In this document: piece by piece, positions 47,641-60,027 of the stretch
Position numbering within the stretch: the first letter of the stretch is position 1
How the letters are laid out: each line of letters begins with the position of its first letter
Assembly: GCA_040954595.2 (NCBI GenBank)
Contig: CM082593.2
Coordinates: 5,411,434 to 5,475,433, forward strand
DNA: 64,000 nt
Source of the DNA: Balanoglossus misakiensis
Taxonomy: Eukaryota; Animalia; Hemichordata
Direction: 5' to 3'
Program-made: the position numbers and the translations under genes
The notes under the pieces: model-generated
Seen by the model: the letters and a program-made list of their open reading frames with translations, nothing else
Database searches by the model: none
Told to the model about the DNA's origin: nothing

Positions 47641-48905
47641 AATGAACCCATTTATACATGTTTATACATCAAAATATTTAAATATGTGAATAGGTATTTC
47701 AGGTTTTAGTATCTGTTATCTGTCTGTAGTTTGCCATATTCGCTTCACTTCATTCAGCTTGTTCTCCTTTAGGTTCTGATAGTTGTATAGGAATACACTG
47801 AAAAAAATAAAAGGACCTGTGAATACATTAGGTTGTGTATTGGAGTCGTTCTTTCTCAAATATAAAAAGAGGAAAACTCTCTTGCCAGGGGAATCACATC
47901 TAAATCATAAACATACAAGCTTTGAAGATTGACAAAGTCATAACTGGGGAGTTGTTACGGGACCTAGTGTTCAAATAGTTTTCAAAAATGGAGCAAAAGG
48001 CCGACTGGCAGCCATATTGGGTCATGGCAGCCATGTTGGATTGCATTGCAAAACAGCCAGCATGAATACATGGATACTAGTAGTACCATCTTCTTGTCTC
48101 TGTCAAATAAAGACTAGATATATACCAGGAAAATTACATTTATGAATACATCTTTATTGATAATGACAGTGGTGTGTAGAATACGGGCTACATGAAGTTG
48201 AAACATACTTTAAATTCAAATAACATAGTGACTCGAATCAGCAGATATTTTTTGTATTATCTACATTCATTCTTTCATAAAATCAAAATAGTGATCACTT
48301 TTTTTTGTCCACAGTTAAAAGAAATCTAAAAAAAGTTTCGATCAACATCAAGTACTCTTGGGTTGAAAAGTCCCCACAATTCATGGCTTCATGCTATCTA
48401 CAACAATTCTTCAGTTCAATACATAAAATATAGATCTGTTTCTACTTAAAAATACACTCGCAGATATGACCTCGCTAGAGTACAAGCAGCCCATCAAAAA
48501 TAACAGCTGGAAATTTGTAGTGTGTATAAAATGTAAAAACTAACTTTAAAAGCTATTTGTTATTGCTACATTTTACCCATAAGTATGTACATAATACAAC
48601 ATTTGAATACATTGGAAGAGTACATTTAATATACTGATACGTACTTTCCACATAAATATGTCTGTAAAAGTCCTTAAATTCATTCATTTCGTTTTCATAT
48701 TCAGGGCATCATATTTTTATATTTTAAAGTTAAAATACACTCCGCTGTCTTGTTAAAACTGAGTAAAATCACTATCCTTTCGAATGACTGTTCCATTTTC
48801 ATCCTGTGACACAGCCAATATAGTTTCTCTTGATTTCTCGACCACAGGAAATCTCCGACGTGCAAAATCACAGACTCACAAATTGTTACAATCATATCTT
48901 CCTTC

Positions 48906-49053
48906 AGGTCACAGAAATATCTCAAGGTTAAGGTCATGTAAGGTCAGCATGACTAGGTCATAGGTCAACACCACTGCCAGAGGTTATGCATCATGGTTTC
49001 CACTAACCCTTGACCTAGGTCAAAGGAAAGTCTTTGACTGAGGTCATAGGTCA
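48906..49053. promoter_or_regulatory. Dense cluster of nuclear-receptor half-sites (AGGTCA), including DR1 and DR4 arrangements
   Basis: AGGTCA at 48906, 48931, 48941, 48955, 48962, 49017, 49041 and 49048; TGACCT at 49011; AGGTTA at 48925 and 48981. Confidence 0.45.
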
Positions 49054-49801
49054 TCACAGGATCATCAAGTACAAAATGGAGGTACCAGTAATCTCATTAT
49101 AGGTCGCAAAAGATCAATGACCTGTACTGAACATGAAGTAAGGTTACATGACGCCATGATCTTGCTGGCGCATAATGTAAAAAAATAATTTAAAACCTTT
49201 ATCTGGAAGGCAAAAAAAGTCAAAACTGCAGTAATATTCTTATACGAATTATCAAATAACTGTGAGATCGTAAACATGGCTTACTATTTTTTACAAAAAA
49301 ACTTTAGATGAATATAGAGTCGTTACATTTGATAACTAAAACTAAAAACATAACCTGAACAATTCAGGCCAAGCACACTGTACAATCTCATGTAGACTTC
49401 AATTTGAGCACCTTGTTCAGTTTTTTACAAATCCCTCTGAGAACTGCCTTTTTTTCCACAACACACCCACACCTGTAACTTGTGTCTGAATCAGACAAAC
49501 TTCTTTGCAGTGTCAAGAGAATACAATTTGATTTGACGCGACTCATATTTGAGTTGACTTCTAAATATTCATGAAAAGAAGAAAATTATTATGCCCTATA
49601 TATTCTAAAAGAAAAATGCCACACATATATTTTAAATTGTAACATTTATCAATGATTTTTCCAGCTGTACTGTGATCATATTATAACTGAGAAAAAAATA
49701 AAAAAAACGTCATCAAGGCAAAGCAAAGACTGTATCTGACAAAAGTATGAAATATATCAAAATAAATATGACATCGAAAGAAAGGTGAACTCAAGAATTA
49801 A

Positions 49802-49998
49802 AGGGACACAGGCTTTAACTATTGATAGTTATTTTCAGTGGTCTCGCTCTATGTGGCAAATGCAGATTATTTTCCTTTCGTAAATAGGTGATATCGTTAG
49901 TTTTCTTATACGTCTCAAAGCAGTAGAAGAACAAAACTGAAGTTGACACATAGAACAATACCTCTGACAAATTACCAAAATTTACCCCAACTGCCCCT
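49802..49998. mobile_element. Putative ~200-bp MITE with TTAA target-site duplication (Kolobok/piggyBac-type)
   Basis: TTAA|AGGGACA...TGCCCCT|TTAA: short imperfect terminal inverted repeats and TTAA on both sides. Confidence 0.4.
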
Positions 49999-52998
49999 TT
50001 AAACTCTCCACGTACAGCTTACACACCCCTATTTCTCTGTGGAATATTCCACTTGAAGGGTTGAGAACAATGGGATAGAACAAACCACTGTGGTAAATGG
50101 GTTGATGTAAATTTTGAAATGTATAGGAAATTATAGTTTGAATGCAGTGTTAAATTGTGAAAAACAATTTGATCTCTTTTTGGGGGGGAGGGGCTGGATT
50201 GGAGGGCCAATAATAGTAGAAGTTTGTAATCCAAAACTGTCACCTTACCAGAATGTTTGTCTTCGAAATGTTCAGTTTTCAAACAAAGCTATATGTAAGA
50301 TACAGCCTCAACTCTGACCTGGTTCAAAGGTCATCAAACAACAGAAACACTTATGTAGATATCGCTGAAGTACAGATATATTAAACAATCTTACTCGTCA
50401 TTGCTTAAAAGAAGAAAGTTTCAATACTAACGTCTAAATCTTGAGGTAGGGGTATAAAAAATATTGGCACTGGACTAAAACAAGTCAAACTGCTTCAAAT
50501 CTCTGGCTAGTATTCGCAATATAAAGGGTAAACATGGCTGGTAAACTCCACTGATGTCAAAACATGCAAAATATATCAATTTTGGGATATACACGTTTGA
50601 TGTCAAAGTGTTCTTTCTGTTCCGCAGATCAACTGCTAGGATTTATCGTCAAATTCTCTTTCGGTGTAAATTCTAGCTAGGACATCTTCCCTAATTCTCA
50701 ATCAAGAAAAACTTACAGCGTTGTATAATTTGATTTTTGCTCTATATATAGAATATAAAAAAATCCAGACTGTTTTTTTTCCCCTCACTGGGGGCAAACA
50801 GTCAAGAAATTAGTGGCAGATTTACAAAAAAACATTACAAGTTCTGTCCTTCATAGATTGAGTAGCAGACCTCTGGTCATTCAATTGATAGTTGGTGGCA
50901 CAGTGGACACCCAGTAAATAAAAATTCTATCTGTCTATTCTGAACACCCCTCCAATGTCTTGTACACAGGACAATGCCAACAGACCTATTTACCAAAACG
51001 TACAGTTCCACGTACACAGAATTTCCACCTGTGCTTATAATAAGCGAGGTTTCAAAACTTGTCTTACATAGGTGTGAATAATTTCTCATCAGAATACCTT
51101 TAAAGATTCTGCATGTCCAACTGCCCAGCTACCTTCTTGTCTAAAACTCTCTGCCACTTGTCAAGCTAAAATCGCTACCAATATTACGGTCTCAGAATCG
51201 CAAAACCGTGGGCGTTCACTCACTGTTTCATGTCTACGCTCACTTGCCAGAGCCCAGCAGTAATTCAGCTTAGCACCTTATTTACAAGTTAACAACATGG
51301 CTGACATAAAAGTTTACCGTCCTCGCCAGTGAGAGGTGTAGGACTGGGAGATCCGTCAATCAGGGTGCTCACCACCGTTTATTGCTGAAGCGATTGCGAA
51401 CACCGCGAGTCACGGGTCTCCCAGTTTAAGTACGAGCCAAGCCCGCTCCATCTGATTAAGTACATGGTTGATATTATCAGTATCCACTTTAAACAGAAAA
51501 GCTCTCACTGACACTTATTTCAATATGCAAATAATTTTACACACCAATATTGGCAGTATGTAGGCTGCATAAATACTTTGAAAAACACACATTTTTTCAG
51601 TCTTTATTTTTTTTTTTTACAATGAGATATTTAACTCTATGCAGCAATAATTTACACAATTCGTAGATGAGCTTCTAAAATTCGTTCGGCAGTAGGATTT
51701 CATCATTTTTTTCCTCCTGAAGAATATTTTGAAATCATGTGCTTGAAAAAAAATTGCTTGAAGCACACAATATAAAACTGTTCTGAAGAGTTAAAATGCT
51801 TAGATCTACCCACATAAAAACTTATAATACACTACAAAGCAAGTCTACAACTGCCAAATATGAATTTATCTCTGTCACAATCACCACTGTATTACAGTCA
51901 CATACTGGCCAAAATCTCGCAATTCCAATAAAAACATGTTCTCTTTTAAAAAGCTGAGTGTTCGCAATCAAAATCAGTGAAGATACACTCAAAAGATGAT
52001 GCAAACTACAAATCTAACGCAGATTTTAAAAGGGAAAATAAAAATTTGTGGGAAAAAAACATAAAAACAGCCGGTGAATAGGTAAAAAGTGAGTGCAATA
52101 TGTCTTACATTATACAGGGGCATTAAAACATGCTTGCTGTATTTGTGGTTATCAATAAAATATAAAGTGTAAGATGTAGGCATAATCACATTTCTCCCTA
52201 CCTATCGAAATGTGGTACTTTTACAAAAATAATTCCTCTGACTAAAATTTCGTCTCATTTGTTAAAAATACCAAATGCTGTACAGTTATCAGTCATCATA
52301 ATAAGTTGACAAACAAAACAGTTGGAAAATAAAATAATGATAAAAAGATATAGAAGTAAATAGAGAAAACTTGGAAATATGCCAGCAGACGCACAGACTG
52401 TTCTAATAAGTTAATTATCTTAATTCGTTTTTTTAAAAAGAGGCAGGCTAGATGACTAACATTGTTTCCAACAGATAAGTAATAGCTCACAGAAGTATCG
52501 CATCATGGACAATAAGACCTTATTCAAGAGTTAATTATTCAATCTTTGAGCTGTTTCTGATTGGCTGGAAATGTCATGTGATAGTCATCAGAGACACAGG
52601 ATTGGTTGGCTATGTACAGTTTACATTGTAAAAGAAACGCGGCAGTCTGCTGGCAAGTTTCAAAGCTCTTTTGTCATGGCAACACTAAAGATACTTAAGC
52701 TGAGCTTCAGACATACTTTTAACAAGAATTTTGGACATGTTTTTGTTTCTTCTTAAAACCAAATAAAACATTAAAATACAAATAACGATAATAATAATAA
52801 TATTAATATCATAGAAGTCTTCAAGATATCTCTATATACAATCTTGTACAGTGTACGACTGAGTGTACATCAGTGTCACCAGTTCCTGCAAAAGAAATCA
52901 AAAGTGTTAACAATCGAAAACATGGTAGTGATACGTTCAAAGTCCATAATCATGAAAAGGCAGTGAAAGGTTCAAACTTTCTTGTTCCAATCCTCACC

Positions 52999-55900
52999 TT
53001 ACGTATTTGGCATGTTGTAACTCCCACTACACCAAGGAAGAGGAAGACCATCAGACCCCTATAAAATGAAACGGAATGAAAGAAAACAATGGGTTATGAC
53101 TGTACCACGGTGGTGAAAGGGTTAAATCCTACTTGCAGAGAGAGCCAAATGCACACAAAACCTTCAAGCCAATACCAAAAACTCATATACAATGCGTGAT
53201 CTCATGACCAACACGCACCAATCACATGAAGCGTACTTACCACTGGACATGGTGCATCAAGACCAGGCGCTCCCGGCTCACCCTTCTCACCACGATTGCC
53301 TTTCTTGCCCCGCCTTCCTATTTCACCCTAGGAGAAAGTGAATCGAGACACAGAACAGTAAATAGATGCATCTTTATTATAACCACCACTGTTTGTGAAA
53401 GGAAACAATATTAACACAAACCACTTATATACATTCATCCAAAATGAGATATCTTTGATTTGATTTTGCAAAACAAGATAAGTATATGAAGTAGACTTCG
53501 ATCAAATGTGTTAACGGGCTACAGGAACTAACAGTCAGTCAAGACACAGACAATTTGCTTATCAATATATGAAATTCAAATACTCACTTTTCCACCCTTA
53601 GGTCCAGGTTGCCCAGGCGGACCCTGAAACAGAGAAAACACAAACGCAGTTATTTACTGATGTGAGTCACACATGCCTATTGACTACCACAAAACTGATA
53701 ATGTTAGACGGATGGGTGGGTGAGGAATATGACAGGCCACCATGCTCATCACCACGACAACACAAACACCTGTAAACAATGAAAACAAAATCTAAACAAC
53801 CACAATGAAAAACATCAACACAGTTAATGGAAATTAATGAAATGTGACGGGAACACTGTATGTGCATGTATGTATGTAAGGGGTCCACTCCAACTGTCCT
53901 GGTTCAGAACAATATAACATATGTACAGCGAAATGACACTGACCTGAAACATGAGAACTGTCACTATTAATGAAGATTTTGCTTCATGAATTTGTCAGTG
54001 TATCTGACCAATAAACTGAGTTTATTGAATGATATTTTGAGAAAGAAATGACTGTATATATGAGGTAAGATAAACAATTTGAGCACAATACACGTCTGGA
54101 CAAGATATGATCATATAAGATCGTTTGTGTAAACAAGAGTGTGGACAGGTTGATAGGGCAATTTGTCTCAAATATTTGGTCTGCATAAACTGTTTTTACA
54201 AATTGTGGCAGAAGAACCACGTTGGTAAGGTACGAAATCTGTATTACAGTCTGGACATGATGTAGATGGTGTAAGTTGTGTAGACAGTTTGGACAGGATC
54301 GGAAATCAAAGTTTTGTTAACAGGTGTGGACATGATTTTATACACAACTGCATGAAAACAGTCTGCAAAAATTGTTAGCAACACAACATGAAATCATGTT
54401 ATCTCAGTTTATTCTCAGAAAAATGTGGAGATGTGCAAAGTTGAGGAAAAAAATCATCGTAACTTTAGTGTCTCTGTTAATCGATTTGTGCCAACTAATG
54501 TATGTGTACTGGCTGGGCAGGTGTGTTGTCAATGTGTGACATTAAACGACAAATGTTGGAGGTTGAGTATCACATACTGGATTGTAGTACAATCGGACAT
54601 TACAGTGATCTTCAGCAGCTTTTTTAGGTTTGCGAGTATCATGTTCTGGCTCAAAACTAGTCAAAAACAGGTCCTTCTTATCAATGTACCTGCACTGGCA
54701 AATCTTAACAATTGTGTGGAACCATGCAAATCTTAATTTAATGAAGACATGTCTAACACTAAAATACATTCATGACATTACATCTTTAAAACATGAACAC
54801 TACAACAACAAAAAGGTAGATATGCATGCTGATGATGGCGGGCATCACATGCACATCATGTGGACATCACATGCTAGTCGCAAGGGCATCACATGCACGC
54901 CAAAAGCATAAATCTGGACTCGAAAAATGACATGGAAACATGAGTTAATATGAGGTCTACAACACACATAGTAATGAGAGAAAACATATCAGTCACTAAA
55001 TTCTTTCTCACCGGAACCCCTGGTTCACCATCGCTGCCCTGAAAGACAATTTGACAAGCGAATTGTGTTTATCTCGTGTACGTCAAGTGGTGGTTCTGCA
55101 CATTGATAGAATATTGCGTTTCCATCTATGCATGGAAAATGTCACAAGATCTCTAAAATAACACCACAAGTAACAACCAAACTGCAGAAATGGCACTCTT
55201 CAATGATCAGAACCCTTGGGGGATTGTAACAAAAACTATGTAAATGTACATCACTGCTCCATGCTCACTTTAACATCACTATGTACACAATTGATGGATG
55301 CAAAGGACCTCTCTTACCTTTGGTCCAGATTCTCCCAGAATGCCTTGTGGACCTGGCAGGCCTGAAGGTCCAAATGAACCTTTGGGTCCCTGAAAAAGCA
55401 AAATGGACAGTGTTTTCAGCTAAAAGATAGAGGTGTACCGGTATAATGCATATACTACTGTAACTGTTTACAGTTTGATGAATCCCAGACTAACAATACT
55501 GTATGTCACTATGGTGTGAGAAACATCTGATCACACACAACTCTAACAATCTATATTGGCCACTCCGGATATCATGTGGCTTTCTCAAAACCTTTTTTCT
55601 GATACGCATGAATTAAAATTGTTATGTAAAAACTATCTTGTACATTCAGTCTTACCGGAAGACCAATAGCTCCATCTAATCCCGGCCTTCCTGGAACACC
55701 TGTTTTACCTGGTGTGCCCTACAAAAATAATCAAAAGTATGAGTAAAACAGGATCTACATTTTTTATGATCAATGACAAGCAAATATTAGAAGTAAAGAT
55801 GTTGCATCATTATTGCGAGGGTTAATGTTATATCTGAAGTGGTGTAGATAACGGGTGATTGCACAATACTATAATATGTCTTGGTTCGCTGACAAAAAAA

Positions 55901-58900
55901 TTTCATTAAAACTTACCGGTGATCCCTTGGGTCCGATATCGCCTCTTTCTCCTTTCTGACCCTGGAATACACAAATAATTGTGTCATATCGGCAGAAATT
56001 TAAATATCAACTCAAATTTTTTTATATGTACATGTTTTCATGCTACTTACTGGAAGCCCTGATTCACCCATTGATCCCATATCGCCTTTTGGTCCAGGTA
56101 GACCGATGCCTGGTAGTCCCTGCAGGTGAGAAAAACACAAAATTATGGAACTCATAGAAGCTGATAAAACTAGCGCCAGTGACACTGTAGCACTATTCTG
56201 GTGAGCAGTGGTGATAGTTTCCTCAGCAAAGGCAGACGCACATGCACAAGGAAATCTGATGGCACTTACCGCTGGTCCTGGTGGTCCGCGTGGCCCTGGA
56301 ATCTGCATAGCAATAGAAACATGCAAATTTCATATGTCATTACACTCTGAGAGAGGAAGACATGAACATTCTTTTTTTAAAATGTGAAACACAAAAATAG
56401 TTGCTGTGGCTTTGTCAGCAGTTAGGTCATCAGGTGGCACTCACATTTATGTTAACAGATCTGATTTTGTATGTTATGTAAATTGTAGACAAACAGAAAA
56501 AATGTACTTACAGGATCACCACTGCCTTCAAAGCCCTCTCCCTAAAATCACAAAAGAAAATCATGAACAAAGTGGGTTAGTTTCACAGAAATGCCAAGCA
56601 CCAGGGACTTTTTCAAGAAATCACAAGACAAAATATTTAAAAAATATCTGATTCGCTGTGTGGTTGGAATTGGATGACCGAAAATCACTCCAGATGTTTC
56701 AACAGTAATGCTACTTCTGTTCACTTCTACAAGTGGAATCCTTTGCCATCTCAAAAACAAGAAACTGCAGTAACTCGCACAAGTAGTAACTTATATAATT
56801 GGTTCAAGGATGCCTGGATAAATGTACTGTATGTGGGCCATATTGGATCAGATCATAAAAACTGCTACACATGTGTAAAACAAAGTGCTACATTCTCTGT
56901 GTAACAATTTAATGAAATACATGTCTTTTGAAAGAACCTGATCAAAATCGACAACTTAGACATCTCTGGAAAGAAAAATACTGTAAAGGCCACACAACTC
57001 ACTTGACTTCCTTTTTCACCCTGAAAAATATCAAAATTAGGAAAAATAAAACTTTCAATACAAACTAAAAAAAGTGTTCTCTTGCTTGAAATTGTTAGAC
57101 ATCTTGTGAACACAGAAAAAATAGTCTTGTAAATCTTGCCAGTCTTTGCTCTAGTTAAACTTGTACGGAAACATTTTGAAAGCTCATACAAGATCTAGAC
57201 TGTTATTTGAGTACATATTTACCATTATTGGCCACAAAAGTGAAGAGCAAAGAATAAGCAAGATTCCAAGGCTAAACTAGGACCTCTACACATAAAACAG
57301 GTTGACATGAGTGTTTATTACCGACATGTAATAAATGATGCTTTCGGGGAAAAATGAAGTGAAAATTCACAAAACGTACACAGATGGTGACATGGGTATG
57401 GTTTAAAATTATGAAAATAAACAAGCAATGTTAGGATATTTACACTCAAGAAAACAACATCTAAATCAACGTAGCTGCACCAAGGGCATTTTATCAGCAT
57501 TTTCAATGTATAAAAGAATCAAAATATTGCATAAAATGCCCCATTGTTACAACTAATCGAAAGTTGTGAAATAATTCTGTAAAATCACATCACAATCACT
57601 GAGTCAGATAGCATGCAGCAATGATGACAATTCTGCATGCTTTCAGATGAAAGGACAGTATGAAACATTATAGCCAAAAAACAAACTTTATGGAAATGTA
57701 TATGTTATGATTGACAATCCACCAAATGACTTCAATGAGGATCTGACACTGGAGGACACACTATACAAACTCTTATACAAGAGGGTTAAACACTGAAACC
57801 ACATGCAACTGAATGATACTTAAGGTGACACTGCATATTTAACATCATAAGACACTGTGGTAACCATATATTTATAGCAGAATATTTGAATATGTGTTAC
57901 TGTTTACAAAACTTTTACACAGAAAAATACAAAGGACGAGGGAAAAAATAATGTACCTGTGGACCTCTTGGACCCTGATGCGTGAAAAATAAACAGACAA
58001 CAACCTATAAATATCATACTAATCAAAGATTTCCTGTACTCAAAAGGTAGTACATAGAAGATACACCTTGCATGCTGCACATCTAGAATCACTACACTCT
58101 GCAGCGAAGATTAGAGAAAAATATGTGTCACATGCAGGTAGCCATGCTGTATGGCATTCCAACAAAATTATTCCTTATACTTATGATTTTTTTTAAACAA
58201 TTCAAACAACACTCAAAATTGTAGTATAAACATTCACTACATGCTTAATAATACTTAGGATTTACAACAATGAAGTTCTTAAACAATGAAATTCTTTAAT
58301 TATGGTTTTACATGTTTTACCCAAAATCAAACTCACTCTCTACAAATACAAATACTAATTCTAACATGTAAAATGACTTTGATATCTTAATTACAGTTCA
58401 ACCCATGCAGATTAGTGTCATGTTAGGATGCCAAGCTTATATGCACACCACAGATTTTTGTTAGATTTTTAAATGTTTTCATGAACCACAACCAGTACAC
58501 ACAAATCTTAATTCACACTGACATGAAGAAAACAAAATGGTGGAAGCCAAGCAGGATATTTGCAAATACATACCATCAAACCCGTCTGACCGATGGGACC
58601 CTGAGGACCAGGGTCACCCCTCTCTCCTTTCGCGCCACTATCACCCTACGAAATACCACCACCAACAGAATTAGTTAGAATAAAAGATCAAATAGTTTTG
58701 CCGACCTACTAAACTAGAATAGCTACCCAAATCTCCCCAGCAAAGCATCCCCCATTTCTACTTTGCCAGCACAGTAACCCCAGCTCTAAGCATTGCAACC
58801 AACGACCCAAGCACAGCATTATAGCAAATAAGTGCCCACAGCAAGATTTGCAAACTCGTGTTTCACGAGAAATCTGATCATATAAATAGTGAATACAAAT

Positions 58901-59893
58901 CTGAAACTTTTTTGACTCATTTTTGTCAACCAAACACTTTAATTGACATTATCAGTATAAACTCCTCTCCATGCAAATGCAATTTCTTGTTCTGCTCCAA
59001 ACAGCATGCTCATTATTATACCAACAGTGGTTTCCATGGAGTGACGAACTCACTTGAATTCCCGGAAGACCGATCTCTCCTTTTCCTCCTTTCACGCTCA
59101 ATCCATTCATGCCGGGTTGTCCCATGGGGCCTCGTGATCCTGGATCACCTTTGATTCCGATGCCCTGAAAGTGAGAGATGTTGCGTGGTGTCGGACCCTG
59201 ATTGGACGACTGGTGTCATGTGACTGTTTGACACCAACTCATTTTGAGCCACGCTGTGGGTAGACACCCCCACTACGCCAGTGAATTAGGAAAACTGACC
59301 AAAAGTGGTATCAAATCCTGTTCGGGGAAAACAGCAGAAGAGATACTGAACCAATGCAAAGGATTATTTATAATTCTCATGAAGCTACCTACTTTTTTCC
59401 CCTTTTTGCCTCTTCTCCCCTTTTCACCTTTTTCGCCAGCCGGACCAGGAAGACCCATTTCGCCCTGAAATTCAGCACCCATGAAATTGGCACATATCAG
59501 TATACGAGTTCTGCAGACATTTTTCGCACACATTTTATACTTTGCAACTTTCAAGCACTTTTCAAACTTTTTTTTTCAAATTGCAAATCAACATAATGTC
59601 ATGGCCACCAGTCTGAAAGATAGACTTTCAAAATCTAGAACTACTGCAGTACAAGTACATTCCTTACCTGTAGACCAGGTTCACCTAAATCACCCTGAAG
59701 CCCTTTCTCACCGCTATCGCCCTACAGAAACAAACATTTACTAGGCATTAATTATAACCTATACTGCTGTATTCTATCAGAGAATACACAGATTTCTGTT
59801 GCAAAGATCGAATTTTCCCTCTCGATGCCAATTTGATTGAAAACTCTGCTGCACATGAAAGCTTACCTTTGGACCTGGCGCACCTGGTGGACC
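52999..59893 (-). CDS. MACIT transmembrane collagen (collagen XIII/XXIII/XXV-like), 3' portion; the 5' exons lie beyond the window end
   Basis: Many phase-0 Gly-X-Y exons, e.g. 59893-59867, 59721-59668, 59464-59393, 59164-59054, 58645-58574, 56541-56512, 56302-56270, and others down to about 53240. The C-terminus [36 protein letters not shown] matches the MACIT NC4 signature (GLDAPCPLGxDGLPxxGC). Stop at 53001-52999, followed by a probable 3'-UTR intron (52997-52888) and a long AT-rich 3' UTR (AATAAA on minus at 48158-48153). Confidence 0.92.
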
Positions 59894-60027
59894 CTACAAT
59901 GGAAAATTTGTAAAATTTCAATATCCCTGCAGAATGCATCTACAGAATAAACAAGCAAGGATTTTCATATTGTATCTAAGCTCTTCCGTAACTTCACACG
60001 TAAAGTAAGAGCGCCAAAATACTAACC

